Shown here piece after piece: positions 51,491 to 60,727 of a stretch of 64,000 bases of DNA (positions within the stretch are counted from its first letter, which is position 1; the number at the start of each line of letters is the position of its first letter). The notes beneath the pieces were generated by a model. The model did not search any database, was not told the origin of the DNA, and saw nothing but the letters and a program-made list of their open reading frames with translations. Source of the DNA: a virus; the UHGV virus genome UHGV-1370579; one strand, written 5' to 3'. Both the position numbers and the translations under genes were made by a program.

Positions 51491-52189
51491 ATGAGGATTA
51501 TTTCTAAGTTCGCCGATGTGTATGATTTGCAGAACAGTTTGTTCGACCCAGATCGTGTGTGGGAACGTAAAACTGAGGAGTTACTGGTTAAAGTAACCGA
51601 TGATGCAGAAAAGAACATTGTGCATACTCGCCAGGTATTTCGTGATGGTTCGCTATCTTTCCGTGGTGATTTCGAATACTTCGTAAACCCCCTATTTGTT
51701 GCAGGTGAAGTTTACTGGTTACACGAGCTGTACTGCTGGCATCCAGCATTTAGCTTCAAAACGTTTAATCTCGACACTATGTTCGATAAAATGGAAGAGA
51801 TGGGATTACATGCTCGCTCTTACTTAATGGATAAGAGTCGTGGAGATGTTCGTGAAACAATGCGTGATCTGCTAGCTGAAGCAAAACCTAAAGCAGAACG
51901 TATCTTATCCGAACTGCGTGTACCGATTGCATATGTGAAAGGTATTAAAAAGAACGATAACGATGATGTTCGTAACTTCGTAATTCAGACTAACATTCGT
52001 TTCCATCAGTCCGGTATTCCGTGGCAGGAAATTGAAAGTAACTTATACCGTTTACACCAAGTTCTCGAACAGTATATCTTCGGTGTACTAGGAACTGGTG
52101 AGCCTGATATGATTAAAGTATCAGATAAAGACAGGTTAGCAGCGCATGGATTTGATACAAAAACTTCTTTCAGGAATATGGCGCGGTAA
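51491..52189 (+). CDS. hypothetical protein
   Basis: This is a 232-aa ORF. Confidence 0.5.
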   Translation: MRIISKFADVYDLQNSLFDPDRVWERKTEELLVKVTDDAEKNIVHTRQVFRDGSLSFRGDFEYFVNPLFVAGEVYWLHELYCWHPAFSFKTFNLDTMFDKMEEMGLHARSYLMDKSRGDVRETMRDLLAEAKPKAERILSELRVPIAYVKGIKKNDNDDVRNFVIQTNIRFHQSGIPWQEIESNLYRLHQVLEQYIFGVLGTGEPDMIKVSDKDRLAAHGFDTKTSFRNMAR

Positions 52190-52595
52190 GTGGTATATCC
52201 TGGGAGCAGGTCTAGCGATAGGCATCGGGTTCGGTGCTTATCACTTAATAAATAAAGTGGAGACTTTGGCGGGAGATCTTGCGGTAGCTACTAAAAAGAT
52301 CTCTTCTCTAGAGACTTCCCTTAACAAGGTGAAAGCTGAGAGTGAACTTCGTGAGACTCGTATGAATCAGTATTTCACAATGAATAATGTTTCCCAAGCA
52401 GATCTAGATAAGAAAATTAGTCAGCTTGATAAAGCACTTAGTCGTCAAGACATTATAGCTGCAAAGCCTGGATTGGTAACATTAATTGCTAAAAAGCAGA
52501 GTAAGGAGTTCGAGGAAAGATTAGCATGTTTAACTGGAAACTTGGAATACTGCTCGCAGCCGCAATCACAATCACAGGCTGTGCACAAGAAATAA
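52146..52595 (+). CDS. membrane-anchored coiled-coil protein (i-spanin-like)
   Basis: An N-terminal TM segment WYILGAGLAIGIGFGAY is followed by a coiled coil. The gene overlaps the next lipoprotein gene, as in Rz/Rz1-like pairs. Confidence 0.4.
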   Translation: MDLIQKLLSGIWRGKWYILGAGLAIGIGFGAYHLINKVETLAGDLAVATKKISSLETSLNKVKAESELRETRMNQYFTMNNVSQADLDKKISQLDKALSRQDIIAAKPGLVTLIAKKQSKEFEERLACLTGNLEYCSQPQSQSQAVHKK

Positions 52596-52879
52596 AGACA
52601 GAATCTACACATGAGCTACCAACAGCTCATGTAGACTGGCCCAAAGGACTTCAACCTTGTAGCTTTGACTTTAAGTTTGAAAAGAAATTAGCTACAAATG
52701 GAGAAGATGGTGTAGTAGTTGTTGTACCATATAAAGATTGGAATATGTTGGCAAAATGCCGTGAGGCAGAATATTCATATATTTCACGGCTGACAAGTAT
52801 GGTTTGCTTCTATCGCCAAGATTTACAAGAAAAACGTTGCTTAGTTTACTATCCACCCATTAACAATAGGAAAGATTAA
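52526..52879 (+). CDS. lipoprotein (o-spanin-like)
   Basis: A signal peptide carries the lipobox ITGC. The gene is embedded in and overlaps the 3' end of the previous gene. Confidence 0.45.
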   Translation: MFNWKLGILLAAAITITGCAQEIKTESTHELPTAHVDWPKGLQPCSFDFKFEKKLATNGEDGVVVVVPYKDWNMLAKCREAEYSYISRLTSMVCFYRQDLQEKRCLVYYPPINNRKD

Positions 52880-53631
52880 TGTCAGTATTAGTAGGTCTGC
52901 ATGGTGAGGCTGGTTCTGGAAAAGACACTGTTGCAAAATTAATTATCGATTGGTGTAATGACACGTATCCAACGTGTTTACCCCGTCGTTACAGTTTTGC
53001 TAAGCCCGTTTATGAACTTGCATCCGTAATCCTCGGTGTAACTCCAGAGTTTCTAGGAGAGCGCAGGGGGAAAGAGATTGACCAATGGTTTACGGTCACA
53101 CAATCTCAATTGGAGCGAGCTAGAGATGTATGGTTTAAATACGGTATCGATAAGTTTGAAGACTTCTCGTACGTTTGGCCAATTTTTGAGGAAAAATATC
53201 TTAATCCTCAACAACTTATCTCAGAGAATAAAGAAGACGGACTTTATAGTTTGTTTATTTCTCCGAGAAAAATGTTACAGCTCGTAGGAACAGAGCTAGG
53301 AAGGCAGCTGGTGCATGAACGCATTTGGCTCATAATTCTGGAGCAATCCATCGCTAAAGACGACCCAGATGTCGCCGTAATAACAGATGTTAGATTCCCC
53401 AATGAAGGAGAGTTACTCAGAGAAACAAACCATTTAGATATGGATTCTTTGATAGTAAATGTAGTACCCGCTGAGCAGAAGTTCACTATTAAATCAGATC
53501 ATCCATCTGAAAGTGGTATTCCTGCAAAATATATCACTCACGAATTAGTTAATAAATTCGATGGTATCAATAACCTTAAACTAGAAGTGTATAACTTCTG
53601 TGACTTAGAGCTAGAACCACTAGTTGGATAA
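52879..53631 (+). CDS. dnk: deoxynucleoside monophosphate kinase
   Basis: The P-loop is LVGLHGEAGSGKDTVAKLI, as in T4 gp1-type dNMP kinases. The length is 250 aa. Confidence 0.75.
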   Translation: MSVLVGLHGEAGSGKDTVAKLIIDWCNDTYPTCLPRRYSFAKPVYELASVILGVTPEFLGERRGKEIDQWFTVTQSQLERARDVWFKYGIDKFEDFSYVWPIFEEKYLNPQQLISENKEDGLYSLFISPRKMLQLVGTELGRQLVHERIWLIILEQSIAKDDPDVAVITDVRFPNEGELLRETNHLDMDSLIVNVVPAEQKFTIKSDHPSESGIPAKYITHELVNKFDGINNLKLEVYNFCDLELEPLVG

Positions 53632-53643
53632 TCAAGGATCGCT

Positions 53644-54243
53644 ATGACTAATAAAAAAGAAGAAAAGACTAACCTGTTTCACTCCATTCGCCAATCTAAC
53701 GAGTATACCTTTTTCTTTGATGAAGAACTTGGTCCGCCGGATGAATACCGTGATTTATCAATGGTACTTATGCAGGCAAATGAGGATGACGAAATTAATC
53801 TGATGATTAATGGCCCGGGTGGTTATGTTGATACTGCCGCACAGTTATCTAACTTAATTGCTAATTGCCGTGGAACAGTTATAGGACATCTGATTGGTCC
53901 TAGTGCTTCTGCTTACTGCACAATTTTCCTATCCTGTCATGGATGGGTAGTACATCCACATGCTACGTTAATGGGACACACGTTCTCTGGCGGATTCTGT
54001 GAGAAGGGCCAAGAAATCAAGAAAGCCTATGAATCTTACAACAAGTTCGTAGAAGATATGATGCTAGATGTCTACTATCCGTTCTTCTCTATAGACGAAA
54101 TCGACGAGATGGTAAAAGACAACAAAAATATCTATCTAGATAGCAAAGAAATCCATAAGCGTATTGAAATCTTGGCAAAATATCGATCTGAGCAATATAA
54201 TAAAGCCCAGTTACCTCAATCCGAGGAGCATAACGAAGAGTAA
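53644..54243 (+). CDS. ClpP/S14-like peptidase
   Basis: The segment LMINGPGGYV resembles the ClpP INSPGG motif. Confidence 0.55.
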   Translation: MTNKKEEKTNLFHSIRQSNEYTFFFDEELGPPDEYRDLSMVLMQANEDDEINLMINGPGGYVDTAAQLSNLIANCRGTVIGHLIGPSASAYCTIFLSCHGWVVHPHATLMGHTFSGGFCEKGQEIKKAYESYNKFVEDMMLDVYYPFFSIDEIDEMVKDNKNIYLDSKEIHKRIEILAKYRSEQYNKAQLPQSEEHNEE

Positions 54244-54252
54244 GTAATTTTA

Positions 54253-54286
54253 AGCCAGGGTTTAACGACCCTGGCTTTTCTTTTAT
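54253..54286 (+). terminator. rho-independent terminator
   Basis: The stem agccaggg/ccctggct is followed by TTTTCTTTT. Confidence 0.65.
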
Positions 54287-54399
54287 CTAAAATTCTTCTT
54301 GACAACGACAAAATTTTATGCTCCAGAAGTGATCTTTAAAAACACATTGTAATTTTCCTCCAAAATTAGTATAATGGTACTGGTTAGAGGAGGTTACAA

Positions 54400-55056
54400 T
54401 TGGAAAAGTTCTTACAATTATTAACGGTACTGCTCCAAGAAGCGAAAGATCCAGCATCGCTTCTTAAACGTCTGCTAACTATCTTAGTTGCTGTCATTAT
54501 TTTCTTATTTGTTAGTAATACTAGTGAGGTGATGTCATTCTTAAAGACTTTCTCCACGTCTGCAGTTTTACAAGATTTACAAACCCAGAGGATAGATAAC
54601 TTCCCTAATGTGGCGAGGGAAAAGAGCATGGTTCTCTTCTCTCAGACGGGTGCAGATGCTGTTTTTGTAGTCAAGTATAAACCAGATGCTATCAATGATT
54701 ATTCCAATATTATTGCATGGGAAAGTAATGCGCAATTAGATAGGGCTGACTTGGCCGATAAAGCGGTAAATAAAACGTCTGAATTATACAGACGTCATTT
54801 AGAGGGCTTTAACTACGTATCGGATTTAAGTGTAAGAGTAAATAAATATATGGGGTTAAATATACCTGCGTTTAAAAACGTTACTTTTAATTACATATAC
54901 ACTTGTCCATATTTCAATCTAAAAAATATCTATGCTGGGTACATTGGTATTGCTTGGAAAGATAATCCAGTAGATACAGCTGATTCTGAACAGTTCAAGG
55001 AATATTTAGCAAAGCTCTGTTCCCCACAACAGAGATCTTTAGGTAGGTCAATATGA
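54400..55056 (+). CDS. hol: holin (218 aa, TTG start)
   Basis: The SD sequence gaggagg lies 7 nt before the TTG start. An N-terminal TM segment is present. The gene immediately precedes the endolysin with an ATGA overlap. The length matches the T5 holin. Confidence 0.65.
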   Translation: MEKFLQLLTVLLQEAKDPASLLKRLLTILVAVIIFLFVSNTSEVMSFLKTFSTSAVLQDLQTQRIDNFPNVAREKSMVLFSQTGADAVFVVKYKPDAINDYSNIIAWESNAQLDRADLADKAVNKTSELYRRHLEGFNYVSDLSVRVNKYMGLNIPAFKNVTFNYIYTCPYFNLKNIYAGYIGIAWKDNPVDTADSEQFKEYLAKLCSPQQRSLGRSI

Positions 55057-55466
55057 GTTTTAAATTTGGTAAAAATAGCGAAAAACAATTAGCTACCGTT
55101 AAGCCCGAGCTACAAAAAGTAGCTCGTAGGGCTTTAGAATTATCTCCGTATGATTTCACAATCGTGCAGGGTATTCGTACAGTAGCACAAAGTGCCCAGA
55201 ATATTGCTAATGGTACTTCATTTTTAAAAGATCCTAGTAAAAGCAAACATATTACTGGGGATGCTATTGATTTTGCTCCATATATTAATGGCAAAATTGA
55301 TTGGAATGACTTAGAAGCATTTTGGGCAGTTAAAAAGGCTTTTGAACAAGCTGGTAAAGAGCTAGGCATTAAACTTCGTTTTGGTGCTGATTGGAATGCT
55401 TCGGGAGACTATCACGATGAAATAAAACGTGGTACCTATGATGGCGGTCATGTCGAACTAGTTTAA
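55053..55466 (+). CDS. lys: endolysin, L-alanoyl-D-glutamate peptidase (M15-like)
   Basis: The 137-aa product has the Zn-binding motifs HITGDAIDF and DGGHVE. The size matches the T5 endolysin. Confidence 0.85.
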   Translation: MSFKFGKNSEKQLATVKPELQKVARRALELSPYDFTIVQGIRTVAQSAQNIANGTSFLKDPSKSKHITGDAIDFAPYINGKIDWNDLEAFWAVKKAFEQAGKELGIKLRFGADWNASGDYHDEIKRGTYDGGHVELV

Positions 55467-55476
55467 TTAATAACTT

Positions 55477-55501
55477 AGGCGGGAATATTCCCGCCTTTTT
55501 A
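55477..55501 (+). terminator. rho-independent terminator
   Basis: The hairpin aggcgggaatattcccgcct is followed by TTTTT. Confidence 0.7.
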
Positions 55502-55543
55502 GGCAAAGGGGGCTTTAATAATTTTTGAAGATAGGAGAAAGCC

Positions 55544-55960
55544 ATGTTTGCAGAACTATTCACTATGATGCTGCTAGGTATCTGGAAAATAAGTCTAGTA
55601 GTATTCGTTTTAATGATAGTCTTTACTATCATTGCATTAACTACCCGAAATAGCTTATTAATAAAGGTTATTCACGGACTAGAGTATATAATTATGGGTT
55701 CATTCGGCGTTTGTAAATGCAATTGCCATAGAGATACGAAATATTGTTGGTTATGGATGGAACTAGAGAATCCTATATCCATAGCTTTGGCTGTTTCATT
55801 CGGTATGATTCTTATGGCCCTTACTCTAGCATTAATACCTTTGATGTTAGCTGGGGGAGTTACAGCGTATTTCACCCTTTTCTCCCCGATACTTATGTAC
55901 TCAATTTACCCAATAACTATGTATCTAGTTAGGAAAAGATTTATACATGCAGTAGATTAA
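55544..55960 (+). CDS. hypothetical multi-pass membrane protein
   Basis: This is a 138-aa ORF with about four TM segments. Confidence 0.45.
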   Translation: MFAELFTMMLLGIWKISLVVFVLMIVFTIIALTTRNSLLIKVIHGLEYIIMGSFGVCKCNCHRDTKYCWLWMELENPISIALAVSFGMILMALTLALIPLMLAGGVTAYFTLFSPILMYSIYPITMYLVRKRFIHAVD

Positions 55961-55973
55961 GATAAAAAAGTAG

Positions 55974-56002
55974 TTGACTTTCCGCTGAAATTTTTATATA
56001 AT
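55974..56002 (+). promoter_or_regulatory. stereotyped phage promoter
   Basis: The sequence is aaaaaagtagTTGACTttccgctgaaatttttaTATAATatttgtataaattgaatcagaggag. Confidence 0.6.
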
Positions 56003-56035
56003 ATTTGTATAAATTGAATCAGAGGAGTTTCACAA

Positions 56036-56446
56036 ATGTCAGATCGTTACTATACTCAGATGGCTAACCATTACAATATGGCTCCGTATGAATTGAACAT
56101 CGCATTACGTGACCTCGATTCACCAGAGCGTGCAAAACTTGAGAAAAAGGCGGGAATTCGTATGTCTAGCAAGGGCAAGAAACTTACTCGTATTGACTTA
56201 AATACCATGCTAATGGAAGAGCTTGGCGTGAATATTGAAGGTCAGAAGTTGCCTCTCAATGTTCTTGAAACGATGCTGGATAAAGTCAAAAAGAAAACCT
56301 ATAAGAAAGTACAAGTACCGGAAGGCAGGCTAAAAGCCCCTTATCAGGCTGCTGTATCTGAGTGCTTAGGTGCTACCTTAGATCTTAGCACTGCAACTGT
56401 TAAAGTGATGAAGGCATTTTTGGAGGCCATTAATAAACATGAGTAA
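56036..56446 (+). CDS. hypothetical protein
   Basis: This is a 136-aa ORF. Confidence 0.5.
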   Translation: MSDRYYTQMANHYNMAPYELNIALRDLDSPERAKLEKKAGIRMSSKGKKLTRIDLNTMLMEELGVNIEGQKLPLNVLETMLDKVKKKTYKKVQVPEGRLKAPYQAAVSECLGATLDLSTATVKVMKAFLEAINKHE

Positions 56447-56729
56447 ATTAGTATATCTATTAAAGGGATCTACCTGCAATCCGTGCAAAATGTTCGAGCC
56501 TGTATTCGATAAAGTAGTACAGGACTACAGTCTAGAAGTTCATAAAGAGACTGATAACACAGAACTTATGCAGAAATTTGGCGTTCGTCAGGTTCCTGTA
56601 GTAGTTCTAGCAGATCGTCTCCCTAATGGTCGTGTGGAAGCCAACCACATTCTGATTGGTCGTCAGCTTCGTAAAGAAACTATGCACGATGCAATCAAAA
56701 ACTTCCTGGAAGATAATCCAGAAGATTAA
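56439..56729 (+). CDS. thioredoxin/glutaredoxin-like protein
   Basis: The 96-aa product has the CxxC motif STCNPCKMF near the N-terminus of a thioredoxin-fold-sized ORF. Confidence 0.5.
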   Translation: MSKLVYLLKGSTCNPCKMFEPVFDKVVQDYSLEVHKETDNTELMQKFGVRQVPVVVLADRLPNGRVEANHILIGRQLRKETMHDAIKNFLEDNPED

Positions 56730-56736
56730 TAAATCC

Positions 56737-56768
56737 AACCCAGATCTTAGCTGATCTGGGTTTTTTAT
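56737..56768 (+). terminator. rho-independent terminator
   Basis: The stem aacccagatc/gatctgggtt is followed by TTTTTTATT. Confidence 0.7.
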
Positions 56769-56771
56769 TAC

Positions 56772-56800
56772 TTGCTTTCTGCTAAAAATTTTGATATAAT
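56772..56800 (+). promoter_or_regulatory. stereotyped phage promoter
   Basis: The sequence is tttattacTTGCTTtctgctaaaaattttgaTATAATatatgtataaattgatgagaggag. Confidence 0.6.
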
Positions 56801-56831
56801 ATATGTATAAATTGATGAGAGGAGTATCACA

Positions 56832-57212
56832 TTGAATTACGCATATCTTATAATACATAACAACGTAGTTTGTGGTACTCGCGCTGTTGAGATGGGTATT
56901 ACAGAAGAAAAGTATAACTCTTTGTCTAAATCGGAGCAAGAATACTATGTTGAGCAAGCTGCTTGGGAATATGCTGATGTATATCCCAAAGAACGTGAAG
57001 GTCGCATTACTATTGTTGTATCTTTGGGCTTGGTTGGCGCTGATACCGAAGTTGATACAGATTTAGAAACGCTTGAAGAGTGGGAAGAATTAGATATTGG
57101 TGAACAAAACGCTATTATCAAAACATCTTTCTGGGAAGCAGTAGCCTGCCATGTAGTCTTTGAGCCTAACGATAACGAAGCTGAAAAGCACACTAATTGG
57201 ATGACTCGATAA
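56832..57212 (+). CDS. hypothetical protein
   Basis: This is a 126-aa ORF. Confidence 0.5.
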   Translation: MNYAYLIIHNNVVCGTRAVEMGITEEKYNSLSKSEQEYYVEQAAWEYADVYPKEREGRITIVVSLGLVGADTEVDTDLETLEEWEELDIGEQNAIIKTSFWEAVACHVVFEPNDNEAEKHTNWMTR

Positions 57213-58075
57213 TGAAAAAAGAATTTAACCTGCACGAAATGTTAGTAGTACCAGACGATGTTAACCTGTTCTTCGTAGGTGATATTCATGGTTGCCATGA
57301 TATGCTGGAAGATGCTCTCAAACTGGCTGATTATAAAGATCGTCGTGATTATGTTATCTGTGTTGGCGATCTAATTGACCGTGGTAAGCAGAACTTACAG
57401 GTTCTAGCGAAGTTTCTTTATAATCCACGCTTCCGCAGCGTTCGTGGTAATCATGATCAGTTCATGATTGGTGGTGATTATGCCAACTGGATGTATAATG
57501 GTGGTAGCTGGGCCATGAATGATATGGATACCGATACTATTAAAGGTATCGCAGCAGATATGGATGAAAAACTTCCAGTATTCCTGACTGTCCTGCACCG
57601 TGGTAAGAAATATGGTGTTGTTCATGGTGGTATCCCTTTCCAGTATAAGGATAATGGGAATGCTGTATGTACACCTAACTGGAATACTATTATTCAAACT
57701 ATCGAAGCAAGCAAATTTGATAAGAATGATCATCCAGCGTACTACATTGAGCCTTATCTGTGGGATCGTGACGTAATTCAGGAAATTGGGTTCAATCTGG
57801 CACGTCAAGGTGCTACAGATGAATATTTCCAGCGTTTTGCTAGCTTTAAGGCAGAATTAGTGATGGAAGTGCCTCCGGTTAATGGCGTGGATTTTGTATT
57901 CCACGGCCATACGGGTGTTCCTTATCCAATTCTGTATCAGAACCGTGTTTACCTCGATACTGGCGGTGTTTTCAACGGCAAGTTGACGGTTGCGCAAGTT
58001 AGTGATGATGCTAACAAAATTATAACATTCACTACAGACCGTGATGATAGCTGTGGTGTACAGAGGATTCTATAA
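57197..58075 (+). CDS. Ser/Thr protein phosphatase (calcineurin-like metallophosphatase)
   Basis: The metallophosphatase motifs are GDIHGCHDML, GDLIDRG and GNHD. Confidence 0.85.
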   Translation: MDDSIMKKEFNLHEMLVVPDDVNLFFVGDIHGCHDMLEDALKLADYKDRRDYVICVGDLIDRGKQNLQVLAKFLYNPRFRSVRGNHDQFMIGGDYANWMYNGGSWAMNDMDTDTIKGIAADMDEKLPVFLTVLHRGKKYGVVHGGIPFQYKDNGNAVCTPNWNTIIQTIEASKFDKNDHPAYYIEPYLWDRDVIQEIGFNLARQGATDEYFQRFASFKAELVMEVPPVNGVDFVFHGHTGVPYPILYQNRVYLDTGGVFNGKLTVAQVSDDANKIITFTTDRDDSCGVQRIL

Positions 58076-58431
58076 TGAAACGTGATTTTGATAGATATGT
58101 ATGTGTAAAGAACTCCCACGCTAAAGAAGCTCTCACCAAAGAAGAGCACAAAGAGCTTTACATACTAGCTATGAAGGTTGCTGCTTGGCGTAAACAAGTA
58201 GGAAAAACCCCATTTGAGTGTGTAGTAGTAGAGCATGATTGGCCTGAGTATGAAGAAGTATGGAAGATGATTGAGAATCGTGTTGAATTTGAACAAGCAC
58301 GACATGAAGAACTTGACAAAGGATACCAAGAGGCGAAAGAGCATCATGAGGTTTATGATGAAATATTCAAACTTCGTGGTATCAGTAGCTACTGTCAAGG
58401 GTGGAACAAATATGCAGAGGAAGTTCTATAA
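58075..58431 (+). CDS. hypothetical protein
   Basis: This is a 118-aa ORF with an ATAATG overlap. Confidence 0.5.
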   Translation: MKRDFDRYVCVKNSHAKEALTKEEHKELYILAMKVAAWRKQVGKTPFECVVVEHDWPEYEEVWKMIENRVEFEQARHEELDKGYQEAKEHHEVYDEIFKLRGISSYCQGWNKYAEEVL

Positions 58432-58568
58432 CGAAAGTTATATTCTGGTTGTATCTAAAATTGATGCTGGAGATTTAGCGATGGGAGTTCATAATGTTTG
58501 ATTTTGATGGAATGGCTCGTGAAGTATTTATTGCGATAGCAATAGTAGTTATTATCTCTTTCTTTATA

Positions 58569-58593
58569 GGCCTAGGCTTAGGCCTTTTATTTT
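58569..58593 (+). terminator. rho-independent terminator
   Basis: The hairpin ggccta-ggct-taggcc is followed by TTTTATTTT. Confidence 0.6.
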
Positions 58594-58603
58594 AAAACTT
58601 CAT

Positions 58604-58632
58604 TTGCTAAAACGCTTAGTTTTCTGTATAAT
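58604..58632 (+). promoter_or_regulatory. stereotyped phage promoter
   Basis: The sequence is aacttcaTTTGCTAaaacgcttagttttctgTATAATtactttataaattgatgagaagg. Confidence 0.6.
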
Positions 58633-58662
58633 TACTTTATAAATTGATGAGAAGGAAACAAA

Positions 58663-59094
58663 ATGAACAAAGTTGATAAAGCTCTAGTTTTCGCAGCAGC
58701 AGATAAGTTTGAACAAGTTAAGGCAACTTTCCGAACCTTGTTCCAGTCTTACGTTCAAGATAAGTCTAATCCTATCTCTGAACGTTTGATGGTCTGGGAA
58801 TGTCATGCTTGCAATGCCCTATTAATTGCGGACTATCGTAGCGATATAGATAAAGATCTGTGCGAAATTCTTATCGCTGAGGAGGCAGAACGTTATCAGT
58901 TAATCTCTTTCCAAGATTTGGCGGAGCATATCATTCCTGATGATCTTTGGGATAAATACTATGGTGATCCTGAAGATGAAGGAATGACTCCAGAAGCCTG
59001 TATTGAGCTGATCTGCAAAAATCATCCTGAAATTGCAGAGAAATTTGAAAAAGTTTTTGCTTCTGAGTTCTCCGGCGTTGTTAACGATTGGTAA
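58663..59094 (+). CDS. hypothetical protein
   Basis: This is a 143-aa ORF. Confidence 0.5.
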   Translation: MNKVDKALVFAAADKFEQVKATFRTLFQSYVQDKSNPISERLMVWECHACNALLIADYRSDIDKDLCEILIAEEAERYQLISFQDLAEHIIPDDLWDKYYGDPEDEGMTPEACIELICKNHPEIAEKFEKVFASEFSGVVNDW

Positions 59095-59111
59095 ATAATT
59101 AAAAAATTCAG

Positions 59112-59140
59112 TTGCTTTAAACCTTAAAATTCTGTATAAT
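59112..59140 (+). promoter_or_regulatory. stereotyped phage promoter
   Basis: The sequence is aaaaaattcagTTGCTTtaaaccttaaaattctgTATAATaagttcataaattaatgagagagg. Confidence 0.6.
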
Positions 59141-59172
59141 AAGTTCATAAATTAATGAGAGAGGAAATTCTA

Positions 59173-59424
59173 ATGGAAAACATGACTAAAACTGAAATGG
59201 CTAACGTTCTGGCAATTCTCCTCGACATGCAGGGTTTTGAGGGTCAGCTCATGAAGATGTCTATTCCGGCAATGAAAAAGATGTATGATTCTCTGAATAA
59301 GAATGCTATGGCATTCAACCTCGCTAAACAGGAAGCACGTTTTGCGAAAGAACATCAGGCAACTGCCGAACGTCGTGCAGCATCTTTTGAGCGTGAAGTT
59401 AAGCAACTGAAAGGTAAGAAATAA
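59173..59424 (+). CDS. hypothetical protein
   Basis: The Met follows the SD sequence gagagagg. The track ORF starts upstream, at 59155. Confidence 0.5.
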   Translation: MENMTKTEMANVLAILLDMQGFEGQLMKMSIPAMKKMYDSLNKNAMAFNLAKQEARFAKEHQATAERRAASFEREVKQLKGKK

Positions 59425-59587
59425 TGGAAAGGGTATCAATTTCAATACTGTCATTCCTTATAGGAATACTAATATATAATATAGTTGCTCTTAACGTACA
59501 CTTAACTGAGGTAGACAAATCTCTCCATGAGTTAAATGTAGAAATGTGTAAATTAGTCCCGGATAACGAAAAATGTAGGGGTATTTA

Positions 59588-59869
59588 ATGTTAATTGAAA
59601 TTCTCATTGGACTACTAGTTCTTATGACACTAGCAGCGATTGGTGGGATTATTGGTATTGTAAGCATGCGAAAAAATATAGAGAGTATGCTTACCACTAA
59701 TAGTGGACTTCACTGCCGCTTAATAGAACAAGAACAAGATATTGAACTAGCACAAAGACGCTCAGATATTCTAAAAGAAAAACTAAACAATATTGAAGCA
59801 ATAGCTGGGAATACAAAATTACCTAATAAAGTAATGCGTGCACAGATAATTACGGAGATTAAAAAATGA
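59588..59869 (+). CDS. small protein with an N-terminal TM helix and a coiled coil
   Basis: This is a 93-aa ORF. A TM segment LIEILIGLLVLMTLAAIGGIIGIV is followed by a charged coil. Confidence 0.45.
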   Translation: MLIEILIGLLVLMTLAAIGGIIGIVSMRKNIESMLTTNSGLHCRLIEQEQDIELAQRRSDILKEKLNNIEAIAGNTKLPNKVMRAQIITEIKK

Positions 59870-60111
59870 TGATGTTTATTCTCGCATTTTATTTGATTGT
59901 GGTTGGTGTACTAGTCACTAAGTACCACACATGGATGCCAAAGAATGTTGTTAAGGTAGCTTTATTTGTTATTCCAGTTCCACTTATTATCTTTTCTATG
60001 TTACTGGTGATGTTAGTTGGTAAAGTAACAAAAACCGATATTAAACGAATTGCGGATGAATTGCAACAGTCTTGTGATATGGTAGAGGACATTCTTAAAG
60101 ATGAAGCTTAA
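59866..60111 (+). CDS. small two-TM membrane protein
   Basis: This is an 81-aa ORF. Confidence 0.45.
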   Translation: MMMFILAFYLIVVGVLVTKYHTWMPKNVVKVALFVIPVPLIIFSMLLVMLVGKVTKTDIKRIADELQQSCDMVEDILKDEA

Positions 60112-60427
60112 TTTTAATGAATTAAATACCTTACATGAGATATTACAGTTTGTGAATAATAATATTAGTATTCCAGATGATACACTAGAAGTTCTCATGT
60201 TAATCGAGAAAAAGGTAGGGGTTGAAATTGAGGATTCTTGGAAACCACTTTCTGTATTAACACCTCTTAATATGAAAGTGATTGTTAAAAATATTGAAAC
60301 TGGTGAAGAGTGTGAAATGACTCGTAAAGAATTAGCTAACAGCTATTCACCAGAGTCTGTAGTAATGCACCACAGTGATACCTCTACGGTTCTACAGACA
60401 GCTAATTATGTATGGCGTCTCCCATGA
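60101..60427 (+). CDS. hypothetical protein
   Basis: This is a 108-aa ORF. Confidence 0.45.
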   Translation: MKLNFNELNTLHEILQFVNNNISIPDDTLEVLMLIEKKVGVEIEDSWKPLSVLTPLNMKVIVKNIETGEECEMTRKELANSYSPESVVMHHSDTSTVLQTANYVWRLP

Positions 60428-60526
60428 TTGATTTAGTACCGATTACTGCGGGGCTAATAGCACTATTAGTGCTCGCAGTTTTCATTATTGTGGAGCAGGC
60501 CAAAGTAATAAGGAGACTTAAAAACA

Positions 60527-60727
60527 ATGATAAAACGTCTTGTTTATCAGGCACCAAAGATTGTAACTGAGTATTTTGTATTACTTCCTCAGATTGTATT
60601 TCTAACAGCATTATTTAATATACTTTTTCGACATCTAGGAATAACGGAAAATATATTCTACACTTCTGGGTTACTTCCTTTTATGTACGAAGGCATCATT
60701 ATGGCAATTAACGGGGTTCGTAAATGA
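60527..60727 (+). CDS. hypothetical small membrane protein
   Basis: This is a 66-aa ORF. Confidence 0.4.
   Translation: MIKRLVYQAPKIVTEYFVLLPQIVFLTALFNILFRHLGITENIFYTSGLLPFMYEGIIMAINGVRK

Noticed and set aside
58271-58501. A 76-aa ORF overlapping the 3' half of the 118-aa gene at 58075-58431 in another frame.
   Set aside because: It overlaps 160 nt of a better-supported gene in the same orientation. Only a short C-terminal piece, MQRKFYNESYILVVSKIDAGDLAMGVHNV from 58412, might be real. The evidence is insufficient to call it.
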